From positions 1,344,001 to 1,408,000 of the forward strand of contig CP182352.1 in assembly GCA_048571215.1 (NCBI GenBank): a stretch of 64,000 nucleotides of DNA. The letters are read 5' to 3'. Shown here one piece after another: positions 28,652 through 38,233 of the stretch. The position numbers were made by a program, and so were the translations under genes. Position 1 is the stretch's first letter; every line of letters begins with the position of its first letter. Origin of the DNA: Halarcobacter sp. (lineage in GTDB: Bacteria > Campylobacterota > Campylobacteria > Campylobacterales > Arcobacteraceae). Under the pieces are notes generated by a model. It saw nothing but the letters and a program-made list of their open reading frames with translations. It was not told where the DNA came from and made no database searches.

Positions 28652-31600
28652 TTATTCTTCTGCTTTTCTTAGGTATATTAGCCTATATACCATTGGTACA
28701 TAATATAAATTTAAAATAGTTGCCCAAAGAATACCAAAACCTAAAGCTATAGCCATAGGTTGCAAAATCAAAGCTTGTCCCGATGCAAAAAACATCAAGG
28801 TAAATAAACCTAAAATTGTAGTTGCTGAAGTTAATAGTATAGGTCTTAATCTCATTAGAGCATAGGTTTCCATCTCTTTTAAACTCTTAGCTTTTTTAAT
28901 AAAATCCATCATAATAATTCCATCATTTACAATTACCCCTGCTAATCCAACTATACCAATTAAACTTGGCATTGTAATATTTATTCCAACTATAAAATGT
29001 CCAACTAATACCCCAAGAATTGATAAAGGAACAGTTGAAAGGATAATTAAAGATTTCACTATAGAATCAAACATCCAAATAAGAGCAACAAATATCAAGA
29101 CTATGGCTATCAAGGCAGCTTCTGCCATCTCAGCTTGTACTCTTTTATTTTCCTCTTGCTCCCCTTTTACATCTATAGAAGTTCCATCTTTTTTTAGTTT
29201 TTCTAAAACTGGGTTTAGTTTTTCATAAATCTCAGCTGATGTTATTTTTGTAGCATTTGCCGTTATTGAAACTATTCTTTCCCCATTTTCTTTAAATATT
29301 TGCGATAATGCATTTTGCTTAACTATTGTTACCACATCTTTTAATAAAACTTTTTGCTTTGTTCCGGGAACTGTTAATTCAAAATAATCCAAAGAGCTTA
29401 ACTTATCTTTATCTTTACTTTGAAATACAACTTCTACAATTCCTATTTTGTCAAACATTTTAGAATAAGCACCTTTAAAATATAAGGGTCTAATACTAGA
29501 CACGATATAGTTTTCAGTAAAGCCTAATTCTTGACCATAAGAGTTTATTCTAAATTTAAGTTCAACATTACCAGCTAAAATATCATCAGAAATATCAGAA
29601 ACCCCTTTTATCTTAGCTAACTCTTTTTTTATAACCTTCACTGAACTATTTACTTTTTTAACATCTCCACGAATAGCCATTTCTATATCATTTTTGATTA
29701 GACCTGCCCCTGGAACATAAACTTTAAACTCTTCATAATCACCACTTGTTCTTAAACCTTTAAGCAATTTTTTTAATTCTATTTCAATCTCTTGTGCAGA
29801 TTTATGTCTTATCATATTTGTATCATCATATTTTGGTGATAAATATGGATTTATATATTTATCAAAAACATTTTGAGGTGCTCTTTCATATAGGTTTACA
29901 AAAATTTGGAAATAAAACTCCTCATTTTGAGGTAGATTTTTCCCATCTAACTTAATACCAATAACAGATGAAACTGATTTTATCTCTGTTTTAAAATCAT
30001 AACCTTTTAAAATCTTTTGCTCTATTTTCTCAACAAGTTTTTCAGTTTGTTCAATTTTTTTACCAACACCAACAGAACCATTTATATAAACTTGTGTTGA
30101 ATCAAAATCTGGAAAAAATTGAAATTTTGAGCTTTTTAACATCAAAAAACTTGAAGCTAAAATAAATATAATCATAATAGATAAGGATATAAACCTCCCT
30201 TTTAATAAAAAATCTAAAACCTTCTTATATATTTTTTTATTTATTTCCCAAATTTTATCGCCATGTTTCTCTTTTGTATGTACATCAAATATCTGTTTTG
30301 CATGTAAAGGCAAGAAGAAAAAAGCTTCAAGTAAAGAGGATAAGAGTAAAATTGTAATCATAATTGGCAAAATCTTTATAAATTTGCCAACTTCACCTGT
30401 CATAAGCAAAATTGGTAAAAACGCAAAAATAGTTGTTGCAGTTGCGGTTAAAACAGCAGGATAAACTTCAACAGCCCCATCAATTGCTGCTGTAAATTTA
30501 TCTTTTCCCATCTCCATATGCCTATAAATATTTTCACCAACTACAATAGCCTCATCAACAAGCATTCCAAGTGCAATTAATGCCCCAAGAAGGGAAAGCA
30601 TATTTAAACTATATCCTAACACTTCTGCACAAATAAGTCCTATCATAAAAGAAGTTGGAATTCCTATGGCTATAACTGTTGCAATTCTTATATTTATAAA
30701 GAAAAATAAAGCTATAAAAAGTAAACACAAGCCAAATAAAATATTTGAAACAACCGTATTAAGTCTGTTTTTAATCCAAACTGAGGTATCAGTATGGGTA
30801 TCAAACTCTAAATTTGGATAGATTTTTTTATAATCTTTTAGTTTTTCTTGTATTTGTTTTACAAGCTTTATCGCATCTCCACTTTCCCCTTTGTTTATAC
30901 CAATTGAAACATCCCTATTTCCATTGAAGTGGGAGATGTTATTTACATCAGCCAATTTATATTGAATACTTGCAATATTTTTTAAATAGATTTTTTGATT
31001 TGAGATTTTTAAAATAGTGTTTTCGATTTTTGAAATATCTTTTTCACCATTGTATGTACTTAGATAATAGTGTCTTGTTTTATCTTTTATAATTCCAGCT
31101 GGGAAAATAGATGTTAAACTTTGTACAGTTGAAATAACATCTTGAAGATTTAAACCATAAGCTAGGATCTTTTGTTCATCAAACTTAATAAGTAATTCTA
31201 AGTCACTATCACCCCAAATAGATAAAGAACTTAAATCCTTAAATTGTGAAAGGTCAGATTTAAGCTTTTTTGCAACATCTAAAAGTTTTCTTTTATCATT
31301 ATCTCCATATAAAACTACAGTTATTAAAGGTATCTCACCTATCACTTCTTTTACTATAGGTTCATCCATATCAGAGGGTAGATTTACTTTTGTTTTTGTA
31401 ATAACATCTTTTACATCATCTATAACATCTTTTGCTTCTACACCCTGTTTTAACTTTACATTTATGGAAAAAAATCCATTTTTTATAATAGATGTTATAT
31501 CTCCTGCTTCTTCTATAGATGTTAATTCATCTTCTATATCTTCAACTGCTATTTTATCAAGTAAATCAGAACTTGCACCTGCATAGGTTCCTGTAATTGA

Positions 31601-31741
31601 TATGGCATCAAGTGATGAGGGTGGGAATATCTCTTTTGGTATCTTATAATATGCCAATATGGCTAAAATTAAAAGAAAAAAAAGTAAAAAGTGGTTTAAT
31701 ATTGGTTTGTTAAGACCAAACTCAATTATTTTTTTTATCAT
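28652..31741 (-). CDS. RND (AcrB/CzcA-like) efflux permease
   Basis: 1029 aa; LGMLVDEAIVVGENI, GVIVNDGIIM, RLRPILLT, two large periplasmic loops. Confidence 0.92.
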   Translation of the reverse strand: MIKKIIEFGLNKPILNHFLLFFLLILAILAYYKIPKEIFPPSSLDAISITGTYAGASSDLLDKIAVEDIEDELTSIEEAGDITSIIKNGFFSINVKLKQGVEAKDVIDDVKDVITKTKVNLPSDMDEPIVKEVIGEIPLITVVLYGDNDKRKLLDVAKKLKSDLSQFKDLSSLSIWGDSDLELLIKFDEQKILAYGLNLQDVISTVQSLTSIFPAGIIKDKTRHYYLSTYNGEKDISKIENTILKISNQKIYLKNIASIQYKLADVNNISHFNGNRDVSIGINKGESGDAIKLVKQIQEKLKDYKKIYPNLEFDTHTDTSVWIKNRLNTVVSNILFGLCLLFIALFFFINIRIATVIAIGIPTSFMIGLICAEVLGYSLNMLSLLGALIALGMLVDEAIVVGENIYRHMEMGKDKFTAAIDGAVEVYPAVLTATATTIFAFLPILLMTGEVGKFIKILPIMITILLLSSLLEAFFFLPLHAKQIFDVHTKEKHGDKIWEINKKIYKKVLDFLLKGRFISLSIMIIFILASSFLMLKSSKFQFFPDFDSTQVYINGSVGVGKKIEQTEKLVEKIEQKILKGYDFKTEIKSVSSVIGIKLDGKNLPQNEEFYFQIFVNLYERAPQNVFDKYINPYLSPKYDDTNMIRHKSAQEIEIELKKLLKGLRTSGDYEEFKVYVPGAGLIKNDIEMAIRGDVKKVNSSVKVIKKELAKIKGVSDISDDILAGNVELKFRINSYGQELGFTENYIVSSIRPLYFKGAYSKMFDKIGIVEVVFQSKDKDKLSSLDYFELTVPGTKQKVLLKDVVTIVKQNALSQIFKENGERIVSITANATKITSAEIYEKLNPVLEKLKKDGTSIDVKGEQEENKRVQAEMAEAALIAIVLIFVALIWMFDSIVKSLIILSTVPLSILGVLVGHFIVGINITMPSLIGIVGLAGVIVNDGIIMMDFIKKAKSLKEMETYALMRLRPILLTSATTILGLFTLMFFASGQALILQPMAIALGFGILWATILNLYYVPMVYRLIYLRKAEE

Positions 31742-31991
31742 TGGCTACTTCTATTGAATATATCATTAATGAATCTTCGATCTGATTTTTAAATTTCATA
31801 TCTTCTAATTGTTGAGATAAAAACTTATTTTCCTCTTTTATAGATATATAATGGGCATAAAGTTTATTTATATCTTTACTCACATAATAAATATTATTTT
31901 GTAAATATATTTTTGGAAAAAATAGTATTAATGCACCAATTAAAATACTTAAAACAATAATTAAAGAGTTTTTAGAATTTAACTTAATCAA
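31722..31991 (-). CDS. Small bitopic membrane protein, probable FtsL-like
   Basis: One TM plus coiled coil, directly downstream of rsmH. Confidence 0.55.
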   Translation of the reverse strand: MIKLNSKNSLIIVLSILIGALILFFPKIYLQNNIYYVSKDINKLYAHYISIKEENKFLSQQLEDMKFKNQIEDSLMIYSIEVANDKKNN

Positions 31992-32886
31992 ATTTAAATA
32001 TCCTTAATTTAGAACTTCTACTACGAGGATTTTGTTTTATCTCCTCTTTTGTAGGAATTATAGGTTTTTTTGTAATAACTTTACCCAAAGAGTGATTATT
32101 TCCACAAGTACACCTAAAGGCATCACTAGGGCAAATACAAGATTTAGTCCATTTTTTAAAATAGTTTTTTACAATTCTGTCTTCAAGTGAGTGAAAAGAG
32201 ATAATAGCAACTATACAATTAGAAGGTTTCATATCCTCTATTGAGTCAAAAAGTCTTTGTAAAACCCCCAACTCATCATTTACTTCTATTCTAATACCTT
32301 GGAAAGGTAAGGTTGCAGGATGAATTTTTCCTTTAAACATCTTTTTTGATAAAAACTCGGCTAATTGTTTACTTGAATTAAAGGGTCTATTATTTACTAT
32401 AAGAGAAGCAACTTTTTTATATTCTCTAACTTCTCCATACTCTTTAAAAACTCTTTCTAATTCATTTTGTGAATAAGTGTTTACTACAATAGATGCATCT
32501 AGACTTTGGGTTTGGTCCATTCTCATATCTAAAGTTTCACTATCAAATCCAAAACCCCTTTCATTTTTATCTAATTGTAAAGAGGAAACTCCAATATCAG
32601 CTAAAATACCTCTTATCTCATACTCTTTAAAACTTTGTAACACATGCTCAAAATTTCCTTTATTGAAAATAACTCTTGATGCGTATTTCTCTAATCTCTT
32701 TTTAGAAAAGTTTAAAGCCTCAAGATCTTGGTCATTGCAAATTAGCTTTATAGTCTCATTTTGTGATAATAATCCTTCACTATGTCCTGCATAACCTGTA
32801 GTACAATCTATAATATAACCTTCATTTATAGAAGAAAAGGTATCTAGAACCTCATTATATAATACAGGTATATGTGGTATAGTCAT
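31984..32886 (-). CDS. rsmH: 16S rRNA m4C1402 methyltransferase RsmH
   Basis: HIPVL, DCTTGYAGHS, DIGVSSLQLD, LDMRMD, ISFHSLEDRIVK, NPRSRSSKLR; AAGGA RBS before ATG 32886. Confidence 0.95.
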   Translation of the reverse strand: MTIPHIPVLYNEVLDTFSSINEGYIIDCTTGYAGHSEGLLSQNETIKLICNDQDLEALNFSKKRLEKYASRVIFNKGNFEHVLQSFKEYEIRGILADIGVSSLQLDKNERGFGFDSETLDMRMDQTQSLDASIVVNTYSQNELERVFKEYGEVREYKKVASLIVNNRPFNSSKQLAEFLSKKMFKGKIHPATLPFQGIRIEVNDELGVLQRLFDSIEDMKPSNCIVAIISFHSLEDRIVKNYFKKWTKSCICPSDAFRCTCGNNHSLGKVITKKPIIPTKEEIKQNPRSRSSKLRIFKFD

Positions 32887-32947
32887 TAAAATAGTCCTTA
32901 TAGTATTTGTTATATAATATCCAAACTTTAATTTAAGGTCTTTTAAA

Positions 32948-33538
32948 ATGATTGGTAATAAAAACATAATAAAACTTTTAAGTGATTTGTCTCTTACTAT
33001 GTTTAGAAAAAACTTCTTTGGGATATACCACGGTTCTATATCTGCAAAATTGGATCATACATCTTTTATAATAAATACGTCCGATGCTATTTTTGATGAA
33101 ATGGATGAACACTCTTTTTGTGAACTAAATATGAATAAAAAAGATTATAGATGGAAAATAGCAAGTATAGAAGCTGATATTCATACTACTATATACAATA
33201 ATATACATGAAGCAAAATATATCGCTTTTGGAGTTCCTGTTTATACTACAGCTTATACCTTTGAACATGACGAGATAGTTTTAGATGATTATTTTGGGAA
33301 AACTACCTTTGGTAAAATAAAGGTTTATGACCCAGGTGATTTTTCTACTTGGTATGATAGATGTGCCTTAGAGATAACAAAGTATCTAAAAGAGAATAAT
33401 GAACATATTATGGTTATAAAAGGTATTGGAGTTTATGTTTATGATAGGGATATAAATAGCTTAGTAAAAAGCATTGCCATTTTAGAAAATTCTTGCAGAT
33501 TATTAAGCATAAAAAGCTCATATAACTCAATAACTTAA
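32948..33538 (+). CDS. Class II aldolase/adducin N-terminal domain protein
   Basis: GIYHGSISAK, ASIEADIH..IY, IKGIGVY pattern; divergent from rsmH. Confidence 0.7.
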   Translation: MIGNKNIIKLLSDLSLTMFRKNFFGIYHGSISAKLDHTSFIINTSDAIFDEMDEHSFCELNMNKKDYRWKIASIEADIHTTIYNNIHEAKYIAFGVPVYTTAYTFEHDEIVLDDYFGKTTFGKIKVYDPGDFSTWYDRCALEITKYLKENNEHIMVIKGIGVYVYDRDINSLVKSIAILENSCRLLSIKSSYNSIT

Positions 33539-33640
33539 TATTTTGCATTATTTTAGTGCTATAAAGCCCTAGTTTTAGCTATTTTAAAGGTTAAATAGTA
33601 TAAAGTTTACTAAATTTAATCTTACACAAGGAGTTCTTCT

Positions 33641-33916
33641 ATGAACAAAGCTGAATTTATTGACGCAGTTGCAGCAAAAGCTGGATTATCAAAGAAAGAT
33701 GCAAAAGGTGCAGTTGATGCTGTATTAGAAACAATTACTGAAACTTTAGTAAAAAAAGAAACAGTTAGTTTTATTGGTTTTGGTACTTTTAGTACTGCTG
33801 CAAGAGCAGAAAGAACTGCAAAAGTTCCAGGAACAGACAAAACTGTTAAAGTTCCAGCTACAACTGTTGCGAAATTCAAAGTTGGTAAAGCTTTAAAAGA
33901 AGCAGTAGCTAAATAA
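33641..33916 (+). CDS. hup: DNA-binding protein HU
   Basis: MNKAEFIDAVA, FIGFGTF, KFKVGKALKEAV. Confidence 0.95.
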   Translation: MNKAEFIDAVAAKAGLSKKDAKGAVDAVLETITETLVKKETVSFIGFGTFSTAARAERTAKVPGTDKTVKVPATTVAKFKVGKALKEAVAK

Positions 33917-33934
33917 TTACTTTTCTTAACTTAT

Positions 33935-33967
33935 AAAAGGGCTCATCTTTTGGTGAGTCCTTTTTTT
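33935..33967 (+). terminator. Intrinsic terminator of hup
   Basis: AAAAGGGCTCA-TCTTTTGG-TGAGTCC followed by T7. Confidence 0.75.
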
Positions 33968-33985
33968 AATGTAAAATTTCAATGT

Positions 33986-34072
33986 GCCCGTGTGGTGAAA
34001 CTGGTAAACACGTCGGATTCAAAATCCGATGACTTCACGGTCTTGTCGGTTCGAGTCCGACCACGGGTACCA
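33986..34072 (+). tRNA. tRNA-Leu (anticodon CAA)
   Basis: Acceptor stem GCCCGTG/CACGGGT, anticodon arm TCGGA-TTCAAAA-TCCGA, long variable arm, GTTCGAGTC, encoded CCA. Confidence 0.95.
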
Positions 34073-34177
34073 CTTTTTATTTATAAATAACCACTAAAAT
34101 TATATATTAACTTAATTAATCTTTATTATGATATATTATGCCAAAAAATTAATAATATTTCTTAAGGTATATTTTAT

Positions 34178-35707
34178 ATGAATCAAAAATTCTCAAAAAC
34201 TCTCTTCTTGCCTTTGTTATTTTTTATACTCTCAATATTTATTATTTCTGTTGGAAGTTTATTTATATATCAAAATGAACATGTTAAAGATAGTGCAAAA
34301 GATAGGTTTGAAAAGATCTCTAAAATCTATGATAAAAAGTTTGAAAAAGATGTTGATATATATGAAACATTTATAAAACTTATAAGCAAAGACCAAAAAG
34401 CAATAAAACTTTTTTTAAACTCTGATAGAAAAGGTTTATATACCTATTATAAGGATTTAAATAATCAACTTAAAACAAAATACAATATTACTCATTTCTA
34501 TTTTCATAAAATAGATAAAAAAAACTTTTTACGTGTTCATAATCCAAAAGTTCATTCAGATACAATAAATAGATTTACCCTAAATCAATCAATAAGAACC
34601 AAAAATTTAGCTTATGGTATAGAGTTTGGAATCTCTCATAACTTAACACTAAGAGTTGTATATCCTTGGTTTGTAAATAATAAAATTATTGGATATATTG
34701 AGTTGGGAAAAGAGATTGATTATTTTAGTCCAGAATTAGCAAAACTAGAAAATTGTGAAGTTATCTATACAATAAATAAAGATTTGATAAATAAAGAAGA
34801 TTATAATAAGTGGATAAATCATTCTAAAAACAATCAAAAATTTAAAGAGCTTAAAAATTTCTATATAATTGATTTCTCTTTTAAAAATATATCTAATAAT
34901 CTCTTGAGGATATTAGATGAAAATAAAAAAATAAAAAATGTTACAGTAAATAACAAATCTTCAATCTACAAAGCATTTAACAAACCTTTTTATGATTTGA
35001 ATGGTAAAAAAATAGGAAATCTTTTTATATTTTGTAATATGACTAGAGAATACAACTTTGTATACTCCCTATTTAAAGATTCTTCTATTGTGATTCTATT
35101 ATTGTTTACTATACTTTTAATATACTATTTTATTAAGTTAAAAAATACAGAAAAAGATATAGATCATAAACATCAAGAGATGTTTTCTATATCTATAACA
35201 GACTCATTATCCAAACTATACAATAGAAGACATTTTGATCATTCTTATCCCCAAAGACTTAAAAGATCAAAAGAAAATAAAAGTAAATTATCTTTTCTTA
35301 TTATAGATATAGATAACTTTAAAAAATACAATGACAGATATGGACACCAAGAGGGTGATGAAGTGATAAAAAAAGTTGCTACAACAATAAAAGACACCTT
35401 TAAAAGAAAAAGTGACCAGTGTTACAGAGTTGGTGGGGAAGAATTTGTTGTCTTAACTGAAACAAGAGATGAAAAACATGCAAAAGATATAGCTTTGTTA
35501 TTAAAAGAAAATGTAGAATCCTTAAATATCGAACACTTAGATAATGAAAGTTTTAATAAAATAACTATCTCAATTGGAGTATATATAGTAAATGACTATG
35601 ATATAGATTCAGGACAGATATATAAAAATGCTGATGATGCTTTATATCTTTCAAAACAAAAGGGAAGAAACCAAATAACAATATTTAATGAGGCATTTGA
35701 TATATAA
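34178..35707 (+). CDS. Membrane diguanylate cyclase with a periplasmic Cache-like sensor
   Basis: Two TM segments, FLRVHNP..GIEFG Cache-like region, RKSD I-site, GGEEF. Confidence 0.88.
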   Translation: MNQKFSKTLFLPLLFFILSIFIISVGSLFIYQNEHVKDSAKDRFEKISKIYDKKFEKDVDIYETFIKLISKDQKAIKLFLNSDRKGLYTYYKDLNNQLKTKYNITHFYFHKIDKKNFLRVHNPKVHSDTINRFTLNQSIRTKNLAYGIEFGISHNLTLRVVYPWFVNNKIIGYIELGKEIDYFSPELAKLENCEVIYTINKDLINKEDYNKWINHSKNNQKFKELKNFYIIDFSFKNISNNLLRILDENKKIKNVTVNNKSSIYKAFNKPFYDLNGKKIGNLFIFCNMTREYNFVYSLFKDSSIVILLLFTILLIYYFIKLKNTEKDIDHKHQEMFSISITDSLSKLYNRRHFDHSYPQRLKRSKENKSKLSFLIIDIDNFKKYNDRYGHQEGDEVIKKVATTIKDTFKRKSDQCYRVGGEEFVVLTETRDEKHAKDIALLLKENVESLNIEHLDNESFNKITISIGVYIVNDYDIDSGQIYKNADDALYLSKQKGRNQITIFNEAFDI

Positions 35708-35816
35708 ATTTTTATATTTTAAGTTTTTTATTAAGGCTATGGAATATATTTTGCATTTAGTTTTTTGTCATATTAGTTAACATATATGTTAGTACAAGTA
35801 ACATATTCCTTTACAA

Positions 35817-35846
35817 AATATTGGGGATTCCATAAACCCCAATATT
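35817..35846. terminator. Hairpin terminator downstream of the small ORF at 35845-35946
   Basis: AATATTGGGG-ATTCCATAAA-CCCCAATATT. Confidence 0.6.
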
Positions 35847-35946
35847 ATCTATAAGAGTAAATTGCCACAATAATAGTTTGTATAGCCAATAAAGTCCAAA
35901 TAATGTTAGTTCTGTTTCTGTCAAACCATCTATTAAAATTTTTCAT
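35845..35946 (-). CDS. 33-aa membrane peptide (not in the ORF track)
   Basis: MKNFNRWFDRNRTNIIWTLLAIQTIIVAIYSYR; TAGAAT 6 nt before ATG; hairpin right after the stop. Confidence 0.5.
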   Translation of the reverse strand: MKNFNRWFDRNRTNIIWTLLAIQTIIVAIYSYR

Positions 35947-36059
35947 AAATATATTCTATCAAAAAACTATTAATATTCTTAGTTTTATGATTATACAATA
36001 AATCATAATTACATTTTGCAATAATATTACATAAAGCAATATAATTATAAAATAATACT

Positions 36060-36428
36060 ATGGAAAGTTCAAAACAAATATTAGAAAATCTTAGTAGAAA
36101 TCTATATCATGAAAAAGATTATTATAGATACAATAATGAGGCAAAGATAACTCCTAAATATACTAAAGGTGTATTAGTATCTATTGAGTATTTACAGGAA
36201 CTAATCTATTGTTACTTAAAAAGGGAACAAGAATTAAAACAAGAGATGATTTCTAAAATACAAGAGCAAGAACTAGTGGTAAATCAACTGAACTCTTCAG
36301 AATATAAACAAGGAATATTAGATATATTAACTTATGCAAAAGATGAGATAAATGGCAATAAACCATTATATAACTCTCATAAAAAATATTTAGAAAGTAA
36401 AAAAAGAGAAAATGAAAAAAAACTTTAA
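36060..36428 (+). CDS. Hypothetical protein
   Basis: 122-aa helical ORF with a repeated YxxGxL motif; TAAAAT 6 nt before ATG. Confidence 0.65.
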   Translation: MESSKQILENLSRNLYHEKDYYRYNNEAKITPKYTKGVLVSIEYLQELIYCYLKREQELKQEMISKIQEQELVVNQLNSSEYKQGILDILTYAKDEINGNKPLYNSHKKYLESKKRENEKKL

Positions 36429-36798
36429 AAAGCTATCTATATTGGCGGCTGTTGGAATAGCACTTGGTATATCAGCATCAACTATTTTTTCAAACTTTTT
36501 GTATTCTAAAATAATAGAAGAACACTCCAAAGAGGTTATACCTTTGGAGGAGATAATTGATTCAAAAATCACTGCTCTTAATATGTGTATTCAATTAGCC
36601 CACTTAGAAAATAAAAAAATAGATGGATGTACTAAAATGCAACACAAAATAGCTGATGATATATACACTAAACTAAAATCAATGCCATATACAAAATTTT
36701 ATTACGAATATATAGATAAAAGCAACTTTTTAAAAGAAATTGATGCCTTAAAAAACTTAAGTTTTCATTCAAAATTTTCTGATAAAAGTAAAAAATAA
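36412..36798 (+). CDS. Hypothetical exported or membrane-anchored protein
   Basis: Basic N-terminus, hydrophobic segment, two Cys; overlaps the previous gene. Confidence 0.6.
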   Translation: MKKNFKKLSILAAVGIALGISASTIFSNFLYSKIIEEHSKEVIPLEEIIDSKITALNMCIQLAHLENKKIDGCTKMQHKIADDIYTKLKSMPYTKFYYEYIDKSNFLKEIDALKNLSFHSKFSDKSKK

Positions 36799-36807
36799 AG
36801 GAGTTTT

Positions 36808-36909
36808 ATGAATGATTTAATAGGTGAAATTATAAGTTTTTCAATAATAGCTGTAGTTGTTATTGCTTTAGCATTTTTAACACACAAATTACAAAATAAA
36901 GATAATTGA
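36808..36909 (+). CDS. 33-aa single-TM peptide (not in the ORF track)
   Basis: AAGGAG RBS; MNDLIGEIISFSIIAVVVIALAFLTHKLQNKDN. Confidence 0.6.
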   Translation: MNDLIGEIISFSIIAVVVIALAFLTHKLQNKDN

Positions 36910-36927
36910 AAAACAATTAACTATATA

Positions 36928-37095
36928 TCAATATTCTCTTTTAAATTTTTGACTATTTTCTCTTAATCTTTCTTCTAATGTTCTTTCTTTTTTTAATGCT
37001 TGTTGATTATGTAAATGAATCTCTTCTAATTCTTTTTGTTTTTTATAATCAATTTTTTTGTTTTTCTTAAAAAGTTTTTTTATAATCTTTTTCAT
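36928..37095 (-). CDS. Small basic coiled-coil hypothetical protein (55 aa)
   Basis: AGGA RBS before ATG 37095; MKKIIKKLFKKNKK... Confidence 0.45.
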   Translation of the reverse strand: MKKIIKKLFKKNKKIDYKKQKELEEIHLHNQQALKKERTLEERLRENSQKFKREY

Positions 37096-37271
37096 ATTTT
37101 TCCTATAACTATTTTGCATATTTTAATATATTTTTATTACATTCTAACTACATTTATAATGTTAAATAATATTTTTAATTTAATTATTATAAATAATTTA
37201 GAAAGTGACTTATATAAGTATTATTCTCTTTTGATAATGTTAGTTGAGAGTAAATGAAAGTCTGTTTTATA

Positions 37272-37588
37272 TTTAGGTACAACTATAAGCCGAGTTTTGT
37301 ATTTGACAATAATTTATCTAGTTGTTAAATTACTTTAACAATCCTGCGAAGGGCATAAATAGTGAAGTTTTACCACCCCTTCTTACTGCGAGTTGGGTTT
37401 ACATAGCCATTAAGATTGCTCAAAATGCTGGTGGGCTCTTACCCCACCCTTTCACCCTTACCAATTGGCGGTTTACTTTCTGTTGCACTGTCCCTTAGGT
37501 TACCCTAGCCATCAGTTAGATGGAACCCTACTTCACGGCAGCTCGGACTTTCCTCTTGCATAACAAGCTATTGTCTGTTGTACCTAAA
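37272..37588 (-). ncRNA. rnpB: RNase P RNA
   Basis: GAGGAAAGTCCGAGCT, AGTGCAACAGAAA, AAGGGTGAAAGGGTGGGGTAAGAGCCCACC, ACAAAACTCGGCTTA; P1 helix TTTAGGTACAAC/GTTGTACCTAAA. Confidence 0.95.
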
Positions 37589-37611
37589 GTGAAATAGTAT
37601 CCAAAATTTAT

Positions 37612-38136
37612 TTATTTTCTTATAATGTCATAATAATCTGGTGGAAGAAAACTAAAAAGTGATTCATCTAAAGGGATATTTTTCTCTACATTTTTTAATT
37701 TAATTATAATATTGTTTTCAAAACTATCTTTATAAGTTATTGAGTCTATCTGATCATTTTTTATATTTATATTATAATCTATACCATTTATAGTTGATTG
37801 AAACTGATTTTCATTTATTTTTTTTGCACTTTTTAAAAGAGTTACAAAATCAATTCCATTTTCCAAACTTGTGTAAATAGCTTGTTCTAACTCTGGTTCA
37901 TCTATTATTACACTATTATCTATTAGGTAAACATTTTTTTTAATTGGTGTTTTATATTGCCACAATACCCTCTTTTGGCTACTTATATAAAGAGAACCCT
38001 TATATTTTAATTCCTTATTTGACTGATTAAAAACCGATTGGATAAAATCAGCTTTAAATGTTTTTATATCAGATAAATCGATTTGTGCATAACTATTTAT
38101 TACAAATAGTGTTAATAGTAAAATCTTATAAATCAT
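37612..38136 (-). CDS. lolA: Outer-membrane lipoprotein chaperone LolA
   Basis: Signal peptide, FKADFIQ, LWQYKTP, IDEPELEQA, FSFLPP; divergent from secA. Confidence 0.85.
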   Translation of the reverse strand: MIYKILLLTLFVINSYAQIDLSDIKTFKADFIQSVFNQSNKELKYKGSLYISSQKRVLWQYKTPIKKNVYLIDNSVIIDEPELEQAIYTSLENGIDFVTLLKSAKKINENQFQSTINGIDYNINIKNDQIDSITYKDSFENNIIIKLKNVEKNIPLDESLFSFLPPDYYDIIRK

Positions 38137-38233
38137 TTTTTAACCTTGTTTTTTATATAATCTTGCGATTATAACTAATACCAAATTAAAGTAAATCTAT
38201 ATCTTTTCAAATTGGTAAAAAGGAAATTGTTTT

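Noticed and set aside
32887..32967. 27-codon N-terminal extension of rsmH overlapping the aldolase gene
   Set aside because: RsmH homology starts at MTIPHIPVL with an AAGGA RBS before ATG 32886
37036..37257. 73-aa hydrophobic ORF
   Set aside because: Low-complexity AT-rich sequence, TTG start with no RBS, overlaps the better-supported opposite-strand ORF
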